A stretch of DNA of 64,000 nt from Burkholderiaceae bacterium (GTDB lineage: Bacteria > Pseudomonadota > Gammaproteobacteria > Burkholderiales > Burkholderiaceae_D), in the NCBI GenBank assembly GCA_030158675.1, contig JAOASL010000033.1, forward strand, positions 17,160 through 81,159, written 5' to 3'. The notes beneath the pieces were generated by a model. It worked only from the letters and a program-made list of their open reading frames with translations. It was not told the DNA's origin and searched no databases. Each line of letters opens with the position of its first letter. Position 1 is the stretch's first letter. Positions 45,883-53,708 of the stretch are shown in pieces. The position numbers and the translations under genes were made by a program.

Positions 45883-46560
45883 TCAGCAGTTCGACCGCCC
45901 CGGCACCTTGCCCGCATTCGCGCGGCTATGCACCAGGGTCAGGAAGCTTTGCTGAACCGCGTATGCCTCGTACTCACGCGCGTACCAGATGCGGCATCGC
46001 ACCCGCGGGCTGGCCGCCTCCAGCGCCAGCATTTCATCGGGCTGCTGCGCCTGCAGGTAATGCACCATCTCGTGCAGCAGGACGGAGCGGTCGAACAGGC
46101 TGATCAACGGGTTCAGGCTGTGGTCCAGGAAGATGTCGCGACCGCCGGCGTAATAGGCAAGCACCGGACAGGGAACCGAGCAGGCCTGTGTGCGAATTTT
46201 CTCGGTCGGCAGATAAATCAGCCGTGGCGGCTCGGCCGGCCGCGGGTAGCGTGCCAGTGAAGGCAGCGCGTCCAGCAGCGCATCGATCAGCGTGGGTTCA
46301 TCCAGATCAAGCCGGGCGATCTGCTGCGGCGGGAATGTCGCGGAGCGCACCAGCGAATGGCTTTCGCCATCATCGCTGCGCGCAGCTGCCTGCACATCGC
46401 CCTCTACTTGCGCCTGCATTGGGTCTTGCAGCCGGCCCTGGTCTTGCGCCTGCGTCGGCGCAGCGCACAGCGCACCGCACAGCATGGCAGACCACGCAAG
46501 CGATCTACCAGTGCGCTTTCGGCGGCTGCGCATTGTCGTAAGCTTCGATTCAAGAGTCAC
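45883..46560 (-). CDS. Hypothetical secreted protein with an HExxH zinc-metallopeptidase-type motif
   Basis: GTG start at 46560 with AGGAG 6 nt upstream. Signal-like segment RSLAWSAMLCGALCAAPTQAQ. Single LLHEMVHYLQ motif with acidic residues downstream (PDEMLALE). Confidence 0.65.
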   Translation of the reverse strand: MTLESKLTTMRSRRKRTGRSLAWSAMLCGALCAAPTQAQDQGRLQDPMQAQVEGDVQAAARSDDGESHSLVRSATFPPQQIARLDLDEPTLIDALLDALPSLARYPRPAEPPRLIYLPTEKIRTQACSVPCPVLAYYAGGRDIFLDHSLNPLISLFDRSVLLHEMVHYLQAQQPDEMLALEAASPRVRCRIWYAREYEAYAVQQSFLTLVHSRANAGKVPGRSNC

Positions 46561-46948
46561 GCCACGCTCCTACTGTGTCATTCCACACGTCCGGCCCGCC
46601 ACGTTTGAATGGACAAACCGTGTGGTGAGTTTAACGCTTACCGCGCGCCCTTGCCGGCATGCGCCGATGCGTTACCGATGCGTCCGTGTCGCTACCGTAC
46701 CCCCACCCATCGGTACATACGCTATACCGCGCGGCGAATGCTCATTTCGGCAATCCCGAGCGCCGCGCTGCAGGTCAGCGAGTTTGCCGCTACGATGTGG
46801 GCAGTACAGCAGTGCCACTACAGCAGCCGCCAATGCAGCGGCCTGCGCCAATTAAACGGGTTGCCACCAGGAGCTGGTCCGGTACGCCATGCGTACGGGA
46901 TACGCTCGAACTGACGCGTCCGCATGTGCGGAAGCGAAGGAGTCGCAC

Positions 46949-47503
46949 ATGTTCCGATCCCTGCTGGCCGCAGCAATGATGTCTGCCATTCTCATTACGT
47001 CCGCCCATGCGCTGCCGATGTCCGACGGCAGTGAGTTGCAATGCGTGGTCACCCGCGCTGGCCAAAACGGTATCGCCAAAGAAAACTGGGTGCAGTACGA
47101 CAGCATCCAGAACCGTGACCCGGAACTCGGCAAGGCCGTTGCCGTCGTGCGTACCGACGCCACCGGCTGGCCGGTCATCTACATCGATGCAGTCGCGCAC
47201 CGGCGCGGACGCCAGTCGAATGCCGGTCTGTGGGATTTCGTCTTTCTGCATGAATGCGCGCATGCGCAGGATATGAAACTGACCGAGATCGAGGCCAACT
47301 GCTCCGCCTACGTCGAGATGGAGCGGCGCGGACTGATGAACCCGATCCGCTTCAAGGACATCGAAGCCGCCCACTTGCAGATCCTGAACCTGCCGGCGGA
47401 ATACGGCGGCAACGGCGTGGAATTCTGGCGCCGCACGATGGAGTGCGTGCAGGCAAAGGCCGGTGCCGAAAAATCGGCCGGGCGTGAGGCGGCGCCGCGC
47501 TGA
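46949..47503 (+). CDS. Hypothetical secreted protein with an HExxH zinc-metallopeptidase-type motif
   Basis: ORF 46889..47503 trimmed to the ATG at 46949 (GAAGGAG upstream). Signal peptide MFRSLLAAAMMSAILITSAHA. FLHECAHAQD motif followed by EIEANC. Confidence 0.65.
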   Translation: MFRSLLAAAMMSAILITSAHALPMSDGSELQCVVTRAGQNGIAKENWVQYDSIQNRDPELGKAVAVVRTDATGWPVIYIDAVAHRRGRQSNAGLWDFVFLHECAHAQDMKLTEIEANCSAYVEMERRGLMNPIRFKDIEAAHLQILNLPAEYGGNGVEFWRRTMECVQAKAGAEKSAGREAAPR

Positions 47504-47644
47504 TTGGGATTCAGCCACCCCTTGCGCGGCGGCGCTATCTGCCCGACGCTGCTTTTTTATCCCCGCGAGCCATTCAGTTTTTGTAGCGCATTTTTTGCCG
47601 TGCACTTTTCCAGGTCCGCTCCCGTCCAACGGTGATCCGGCGAC

Positions 47645-47677
47645 GCGCGGCGCATGCCGCGCTTCTTTCGTTTCGTT
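47645..47677 (+). terminator. Terminator-like hairpin upstream of the MscS coding core
   Basis: GCGCGGC-GCAT-GCCGCGC (7-bp GC stem) followed by a T-rich tract, TTCTTTCGTTTCGTT. It lies inside the 5' part of the maximal ORF 47463..48752. Confidence 0.45.
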
Positions 47678-47690
47678 ACACCCGATCGCA

Positions 47691-48752
47691 TTGGCCGACA
47701 ATTTTGCCCGTCTGCAGACGCTGGCTGCCGCTTCCCCCTGGGCCGCATTGCTGGTGTCATCGATATGGATGTGGATCGTCGTCTGGATCGGCGGCCACTT
47801 CACGCAGCACGCGCTGGCCCGGCTGGCGCCATCCTTTCCTTTTCTGGCGCGCTTGCTCACCTGTGCATTTTCTCCTGCGCGGCTGCTATTGTTTCTGCTG
47901 TTGCTGCAGGCGCTGCTGCGCAACCTGCCGCAACCCGCAGGTACGTTCGGCCTGCTGCGCGACATCAATGCAGTGCTGATGGTGGCCGCACTGACATGGA
48001 CGCTAATGCGGATGGTCGCAGCGGTACGTGACACCATTATCAGTACCCATCCGGTAACGACGGCCGACAATCTTGCCGCGCGCCGTATCCAGACGCAGAC
48101 GCGCGTGCTGGCGCGATCGGTGACGGCCCTGCTGGTGCTGATCGGCACCGGGCTGGCGCTGATGAATTTCCCGGCGCTGCGACAGCTCGGCACCAGCCTG
48201 CTGGCCGCCGGCGGTCTGGCCGGCATCGCCGCCGGCTTTGCGGCCAAGCCGATTCTGTCGAACCTGCTGGCCGGGCTGCAGATCGCATTGACGCAGCCGA
48301 TCCGCCTGGATGACGTGGTAATCGTGCAAGACGAATGGGGCCGCATCGACGAAATTACCGGCACCTATGTGGTGGTCAGGCTCTGGGACCAGCGGCGCCT
48401 GATCCTGCCGCTGCAGTGGTTCATCGAGAATCCGTTCCAGAACTGGACGCGGCACAGCGCCGAGCTGCTCGGCACGGTCTTGCTGTGGCTGGACTATCGC
48501 GCGCCGGTAGCACTGATCCGTGCGGAAGCCATCCGCATCTGCCATGCCGCAGCTGAATGGGACGGACGGCTGGTCGAAGTACAAGTGGTCGACACCAGCC
48601 CGCAAGCCTTGCAGCTGCGCGTGCTGGTGTCCGCCGCCAATGCCGATCTTGCCTGGCATCTGCGCTGTCGCCTGCGTGAAGAGCTGCTCGCCTTCATCAC
48701 GCAAACCTGTCCCGAATACCTGCCGCGTCTGCGCGTGCAGCCGCCGCACTGA
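47691..48752 (+). CDS. Mechanosensitive ion channel (MscS family)
   Basis: The maximal ORF starts at GTG 47463, but that region is Arg/Pro-rich and contains a terminator-like hairpin. Likely starts are TTG 47691 or ATG 47769. TM helices are followed by the MscS beta-domain block PIRLDDVVIVQDEWGRIDEITGTYVVVRLWDQRRLILP. Confidence 0.8.
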   Translation: MADNFARLQTLAAASPWAALLVSSIWMWIVVWIGGHFTQHALARLAPSFPFLARLLTCAFSPARLLLFLLLLQALLRNLPQPAGTFGLLRDINAVLMVAALTWTLMRMVAAVRDTIISTHPVTTADNLAARRIQTQTRVLARSVTALLVLIGTGLALMNFPALRQLGTSLLAAGGLAGIAAGFAAKPILSNLLAGLQIALTQPIRLDDVVIVQDEWGRIDEITGTYVVVRLWDQRRLILPLQWFIENPFQNWTRHSAELLGTVLLWLDYRAPVALIRAEAIRICHAAAEWDGRLVEVQVVDTSPQALQLRVLVSAANADLAWHLRCRLREELLAFITQTCPEYLPRLRVQPPH

Positions 48753-48903
48753 AGCAAACCATTACTTCACTTAAAATCGCGCTACACAAAACAAGCAAAG
48801 GCACCATGGCTTGCCCCAACTCCGGCGTCTTCCCTGCCGTGCTCATGCTGCTGCCGGAATCGATCCGCCACCGGCACCTTGCTGACGGCGGAACACGTTG
48901 CCA

Positions 48904-50121
48904 ATGCCCGTCCTGATTTCACCGGCATTCAGCCGGCTTACGGCCTACCGCGCCGGCATCACCCTCGCCTATCAGATCCTCACCGTCACTGCCGGCTGGC
49001 ACATCTATGCGCTGACGCATGATGTGGTCACGCTCGGTCTGATCGGGCTGGCTGAAGTGATTCCGTATTTCGGCCTGTCGCTGTTCGCCGGCCATGCGGT
49101 CGATGTGCTGCCGAAGAAGCGGCTCGCCTGGCTGGGCTGCGCCTGCTATGGCGCGGTCGCGGTGCTGATGGCCTGGCTGTCGGCACGCGACGGCGCGTCG
49201 TCCGCCGCCATCTATGGCGCAATGGCGCTGGCCGGCACTGCGCGTTCGCTGCTGCGGCCGTCCTACTCGGCTATTCTGGTACGCATCATCGAGCGTGATC
49301 AGCTGGCGCGTGCGACCGCGATCGGCACGGTGGTGTTTCAGGCTGCGCTGGTATCCGGGCCCTTGCTCGGCGGCTTGCTGATCGCCTGGGCTGGCGTTGG
49401 CGCAGCCTATCTGGCCACCGGCGTGCTGGCCGCAGCCGCTGCGCTCGCGTTGCGCCGGCTGTCGGTACAGGAGACCGCGCCGGTCAACACCGGCCTGTCG
49501 ATGATGGGCAGCATCCGCGAAGGTCTGCGCTTCGTGACATCCACCCAGGTGATGCTGGCTGCGATGGCACTGGACATGTTTGCGGTGCTGTTCGGCGGCG
49601 CGGTCGGCGTGCTGCCGGCCTTCATTCATGAAGTGCTGAACGGCAGCCCGCAGACGCTGGGCTTGTTGCGGGCGATGCCGGCCGCCGGCTCGGTGATCGT
49701 CGGATTGTGGATGACGCGCCGCCCCATCCATCAGCATTCCGGCAAATGGCTGCTGTTGTCGGTTGCGGCGTTTGGCGTGTCCATCATCGGCTTCGGCCTG
49801 TCGGATTCGCTGTGGCTGGCGGCGATATTCCTGTTTGCGTCCGGACTGTTCGACGGCGTGTCGGTGGTTCTGCGGCAGACCATTGTGCAGCTCGTCACGC
49901 CGCGGCAGATGCAGGGACGGGTGACGGCCATCAACGGGCTCTTCATCGGCTCGTCGAACGAGATCGGCGCACTCGAATCCGGCTTCGCCGCCCAATGGCT
50001 GGGGCTGGTGCCGTCGATCGTGTTCGGCGGCTCAATGACGCTGGCCATTGTCGCCATCGCCTGGGTATTGGCGCCGCAGTTGCGCGGGCTGCATTTGCGC
50101 GACCTGCACACTCGGATTTAA
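48904..50121 (+). CDS. MFS transporter (MFS_3/EntS-like)
   Basis: The ATG at 48904 is 2 codons inside TTG 48898. About 12 TM segments. N-terminal FSRLTAYRAGITLAYQILTVTAGWHIYALT resembles the MFS_3 family. Confidence 0.85.
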   Translation: MPVLISPAFSRLTAYRAGITLAYQILTVTAGWHIYALTHDVVTLGLIGLAEVIPYFGLSLFAGHAVDVLPKKRLAWLGCACYGAVAVLMAWLSARDGASSAAIYGAMALAGTARSLLRPSYSAILVRIIERDQLARATAIGTVVFQAALVSGPLLGGLLIAWAGVGAAYLATGVLAAAAALALRRLSVQETAPVNTGLSMMGSIREGLRFVTSTQVMLAAMALDMFAVLFGGAVGVLPAFIHEVLNGSPQTLGLLRAMPAAGSVIVGLWMTRRPIHQHSGKWLLLSVAAFGVSIIGFGLSDSLWLAAIFLFASGLFDGVSVVLRQTIVQLVTPRQMQGRVTAINGLFIGSSNEIGALESGFAAQWLGLVPSIVFGGSMTLAIVAIAWVLAPQLRGLHLRDLHTRI

Positions 50122-50266
50122 CTCGCTGGCCGGTCGCTGCCGGCACATGCCCCCCTTTTGCATTCGAAAACCGCCGCCTGTCACGGCGCGCTAACCTGCG
50201 CAAAAAATCCGCGCCGCGCCAGCGTCGAACGACGCATGACCGTCGCACTACATTCACGGAGATTCC

Positions 50267-51802
50267 ATGACCGCCACCACCCCGTTCATCCGCCTTCACC
50301 CGAACGACGATGTCGTCATTGCACGCGCCCAGCTGATCGGCGGCAGCATGATCGAGAACGTGACTGCACGCGGCCTGATTCCGGCTGGCCACAAAGTTGC
50401 CACGCATGACATTGCCATGGGTGCGCCCATACGCCGCTACAACCAGATCATCGGCTTCGCCAGCCGCGCCATTCAGGGCGGCGAGCATGTGCACGTACAT
50501 AACTGCACGATTGGCGAAGAAAAAGGCGGCTTCGCGCGCGACTATGCGTTCTGCGCTGACGTGCGTGCGGAACCGCCGCGCCAGCAGGCAAGCTTCATGG
50601 GCTACAAGCGCTCGAACGGCCAGGTCGCCACGCGCAACTACATCGGCATTCTGTCGACGGTGAACTGTTCGGCAACGGTCGCGCGCGGCGTCGCCGAACA
50701 CTTTTCGCGCCGGATGAACCCGGGCGCACTGCAGCCGTTTGCCCACATCGACGGCGTAGTCGCGCTGACCCACGGCACCGGCTGCGGCATGGACCATAGC
50801 GGGCTCGGCATGCAGCTGCTGCGGCGCACGCTATCCGGCTATGCACGTCACCCGAACTTCGCCGGCGTGCTCGTGATCGGCCTGGGCTGTGAAACCAACC
50901 AGATCGCCGCCTGGCTGGACGACAGCCACCTGTCCGAAGGACCGCTGCTGCGCACCTTCAATATTCAGGACAGCGGCGGCACTGCGTCCACCATCGCCAA
51001 GGGCGTGAAGCTGGTCGAGGAAATGCTCGCGCAGGCCAATGACTGCCAGCGCGAACCCTGCGATGCGTCACACCTGACGGTCGGCCTGCAATGCGGCGGC
51101 TCGGACGGTTATTCGGGCATCAGCGCCAATCCGGCGCTCGGCGTGGCGGTCGACCTGCTGGTCGCGCACGGCGGCACTGCGATTCTGTCGGAGACGCCGG
51201 AAATCTACGGCGCCGAGCATTTGCTGACGCGGCGCGCGGTGTCACGCGAAATCGGCGAAAAGCTGGTCGAGCGCATCCGTTGGTGGGAGCACTACACCGC
51301 GATCAATGAAGGCGAGATGGACAACAATCCCTCGCCCGGCAACAAGGCCGGCGGCCTGACCACCATCCTCGAAAAATCGCTGGGCGCGGTCGCCAAGGGC
51401 GGCACCGGCAACCTGCATGGCGTGTTCGAGTATGCCGAGCCGGTCAACACGCGCGGCTTCGTGTTCATGGACACGCCCGGCTATGACCCGGTCAGCGCAA
51501 CCGGTCAGGTGGCCGGCGGCGCCAACATGATCTGCTTCACCACCGGGCGCGGCAGCGCGTACGGCTGCGCGCCGTCGCCGTCGCTAAAGTTCTCGACCAA
51601 CAGCGCGCTGTGGCAGCGGCAGCAGGAAGACATCGACCTGAACTGCGGCGAGATCGTCGACGGCACCAGCGACGTGAATACAATGGGCCGGCGCATCTTC
51701 GAGCTGATGCTCGCGACCGCCTCCGGCAATCGCAGCAAGAGCGAACAGCATGGGTACGGCCAGGCCGAGTTTGTGCCGTGGCAGGTGGGCGCGGTGATGT
51801 AA
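50267..51802 (+). CDS. UxaA family hydrolyase (altronate/galactarate dehydratase-like)
   Basis: CGGAGA RBS. N-terminal SAF domain ([16 protein letters not shown]...[10 protein letters not shown]) followed by a large UxaA/GarD C-domain. 511 aa. Confidence 0.88.
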   Translation: MTATTPFIRLHPNDDVVIARAQLIGGSMIENVTARGLIPAGHKVATHDIAMGAPIRRYNQIIGFASRAIQGGEHVHVHNCTIGEEKGGFARDYAFCADVRAEPPRQQASFMGYKRSNGQVATRNYIGILSTVNCSATVARGVAEHFSRRMNPGALQPFAHIDGVVALTHGTGCGMDHSGLGMQLLRRTLSGYARHPNFAGVLVIGLGCETNQIAAWLDDSHLSEGPLLRTFNIQDSGGTASTIAKGVKLVEEMLAQANDCQREPCDASHLTVGLQCGGSDGYSGISANPALGVAVDLLVAHGGTAILSETPEIYGAEHLLTRRAVSREIGEKLVERIRWWEHYTAINEGEMDNNPSPGNKAGGLTTILEKSLGAVAKGGTGNLHGVFEYAEPVNTRGFVFMDTPGYDPVSATGQVAGGANMICFTTGRGSAYGCAPSPSLKFSTNSALWQRQQEDIDLNCGEIVDGTSDVNTMGRRIFELMLATASGNRSKSEQHGYGQAEFVPWQVGAVM

Positions 51803-51837
51803 TGCCGCTGCGGGTGCCCGCAATTAAATTCCTTCCA

Positions 51838-51857
51838 TACTGTGTTTTTATACAGTA
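51838..51857. promoter_or_regulatory. LexA (SOS) box, TACTGT-N8-ACAGTA
   Basis: TACTGTGTTTTTATACAGTA has perfect CTGT-N8-ACAG with palindromic flanks. It overlaps a TATTAT -10-like hexamer (51856..51861) and lies 44 nt upstream of the ATG at 51901. Confidence 0.7.
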
Positions 51858-51900
51858 TTATTTCATCGAACCATTCGATGACTCACGGAAGGAGCGATCA

Positions 51901-52089
51901 ATGAACACCGGCACCCGCTACGAAGATCTGGATTCCCCCAATGGCATGCGCCCGCATGCCGACGTGCAAAGGCTGTGGCGCAAGCGCGGCTGGCAGCCGC
52001 CGACGGAGTATCGGCAGGATTTCCGACAGTCTTGCCGTCCGGCGATCTACGCTGGCATGGAGCGACTGGAAATGGTAAAGGCCCGCTGA
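51901..52089 (+). CDS. Small hypothetical protein (62 aa), putatively SOS-regulated
   Basis: ATG preceded by GGAAGGAG. Sequence MNTGTRYEDLDSPNGMRPHADVQRLWRKRGWQPPTEYRQDFRQSCRPAIYAGMERLEMVKAR. It is followed by the 20-bp perfect palindrome GGGCATGCGCGCGCATGCCC (52096..52115). No family recognised. Confidence 0.5.
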   Translation: MNTGTRYEDLDSPNGMRPHADVQRLWRKRGWQPPTEYRQDFRQSCRPAIYAGMERLEMVKAR

Positions 52090-52145
52090 ACTGACGGGCA
52101 TGCGCGCGCATGCCCTGCAACCCCGGTCGGTCGTCCGGTATGAAT

Positions 52146-52173
52146 TTGACATCAATCAATTACGCGCCCATCC
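52146..52173 (+). promoter_or_regulatory. Possible RpoH (sigma-32)-type promoter for hsp20
   Basis: TTGACA, then 14 nt, then GCCCATCC. This resembles CTTGAAA-N13-15-CCCCATNT. It lies about 85 nt upstream of the hsp20 ATG. Confidence 0.3.
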
Positions 52174-52255
52174 GCTGAGCGCTAGGATGGTCTTCGGTGC
52201 CACTGGCACCGACACCCCTGACTACGGGAATGCCAACGTAATGAAAGGAGATGTC

Positions 52256-52684
52256 ATGTCCCACCTGACACGTTTTCCGCGCAATCTGTTCGGCGACCTG
52301 ATGGCTGACGCACCCTCGCTCGGTTACCTGATCCGGCCGCTGCACGGCGAGGGCCTGCCGTCCGAATTCAAGTGCGACATCAAGGAAAGTCCGCAAGCCT
52401 ACATCGTGCATGCCGAACTGCCGGGTGTCAGCAAGGAAGACCTGCAAGTCACCGTCGACAGCGGCGTGCTGACCATTGCCGCCGAAGTCAGGCAGCACGA
52501 TCAGAAGACCGAGGATGAAAAAGTGGTGCGCAGCGAACGCTATTTCGGCTCGGTATCGCGCAGCTTTCAGCTGCCGCTCGAAGTCGACCAGTCAGGCGCA
52601 AAGGCCAGCTACGAAAACGGCATCCTCGAGCTGGCCCTGCCGAAGAAGCAGGCGCAAGGTGGACGGCGGATCGAAGTGAACTGA
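52256..52684 (+). CDS. Hsp20/alpha-crystallin family small heat-shock protein
   Basis: ORF 52100..52684 trimmed to the ATG at 52256 (AAAGGAG upstream). Alpha-crystallin domain AELPGVSKEDLQVTVDSGVLTIAAE ... YENGILELALPKK. Confidence 0.9.
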   Translation: MSHLTRFPRNLFGDLMADAPSLGYLIRPLHGEGLPSEFKCDIKESPQAYIVHAELPGVSKEDLQVTVDSGVLTIAAEVRQHDQKTEDEKVVRSERYFGSVSRSFQLPLEVDQSGAKASYENGILELALPKKQAQGGRRIEVN

Positions 52685-52688
52685 ACGC

Positions 52689-53708
52689 TCAGGCCAGCCC
52701 GATCCGCAGCCACTGCCCGCGCTTGTCCTGCATTGCCACGCCGACGCCCCAGTGACTGGCGGCAGCCGCAACCCGCTCTTTCGGCAGCATGAAAAACACC
52801 TTGGTCAGACCGTCGGCCAGCGCGGCACTGCGCGCGACGACGGTCACCGATGACCAGTATTGCGGTGAATCGCCAGAGCGCGGATCGAGGATATGGTGAT
52901 GCACGCGGTCGGCGGTGAAGGTGGTGTGCGCGTCCGACGAGGTCGCAGCTGCATACGCATCCGGCACCATAATGGCCGGCGTGGCTGAGCCGGTGCCGCT
53001 GACAACAGCGCCGTTGGCATGGACGTCTTCAATTCCGAAACGCCACGGCGTGCGGTCGGGCGCGAGGCCGAGCACGGCGGTCTCGCCGGTATCGAGCATC
53101 GCGTCGCGTATGCCCAGCGTCCGCAGTTCGCCGCGCACTGCGTCGGCGGCGTAGCCCTGCGCAATGCCGTTCAGCGACAGCGAAAATCCCCTGGGCAGCA
53201 ATACGCGTTCACGGCTTGCATCGAGCGCGCGCCAGTTCACCTGCGCGGTCGCACGGCTGAGCTCGCGCGCCGACGGCAGTCGCGCGTCGCGCCGTGCGCC
53301 ATCCCACAGTTCCCACAACGGCTGCATCGTCACGTCGAATGCGCCACCGCTGTCGGCGGCGATCCGGGTTGACAGTTGCAGCACCTGGAGCAGCCCGGCA
53401 TCGGGCCGGTCGAGCCGGCCGCTGCGGTTCAGGCGGCGCAATGCGCTGTTGTCGTCAAACAGGCTCATCTGTGCTTCGATCATGCGAATGCGCTTCACTG
53501 CACGGTCGAGCGCATGCTCGACCCGGCCGGCATCGGCGTGCGCGGCGCGCAGCCACAGCGTGGTACCGAAACCCTGCAGTACGCGCTCGCGCCAGGCAAG
53601 CGCGTCAGCTGACTCGCGTGTCTGGCCGGCAGCGGCCAGTTTCGGGAAGGCGCTGACAGCAGCCAGCCCCATGCCGAAACCGAGAAATTGACGTCGGGTA
53701 GTATTCAT
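52689..53708 (-). CDS. apbE: FAD:protein FMN transferase (ApbE family), Tat-exported
   Basis: ORF trimmed to the ATG at 53708, which overlaps the upstream stop (ATGA). Tat signal MNTTRRQFLGFGMGLAAVSAFPKLAAA followed by an ApbE fold. Confidence 0.88.
   Translation of the reverse strand: MNTTRRQFLGFGMGLAAVSAFPKLAAAGQTRESADALAWRERVLQGFGTTLWLRAAHADAGRVEHALDRAVKRIRMIEAQMSLFDDNSALRRLNRSGRLDRPDAGLLQVLQLSTRIAADSGGAFDVTMQPLWELWDGARRDARLPSARELSRATAQVNWRALDASRERVLLPRGFSLSLNGIAQGYAADAVRGELRTLGIRDAMLDTGETAVLGLAPDRTPWRFGIEDVHANGAVVSGTGSATPAIMVPDAYAAATSSDAHTTFTADRVHHHILDPRSGDSPQYWSSVTVVARSAALADGLTKVFFMLPKERVAAAASHWGVGVAMQDKRGQWLRIGLA

Noticed and set aside
46571-46590. Second LexA-box-like site, TACTGT-GTCATTCC-ACACGT
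   Set aside because: The left half is perfect, but the right half has ACAC instead of ACAG and non-palindromic flanks. It overlaps the RBS of the HExxH gene rather than a promoter, which is insufficient support.
46790-48364. 524-aa minus-strand ORF
   Set aside because: It spans the antisense strand of two independent genes plus their intergenic region. It is Ser/Arg/Ala-rich, with no RBS and no motif, so it is an artefact of GC-rich sequence.
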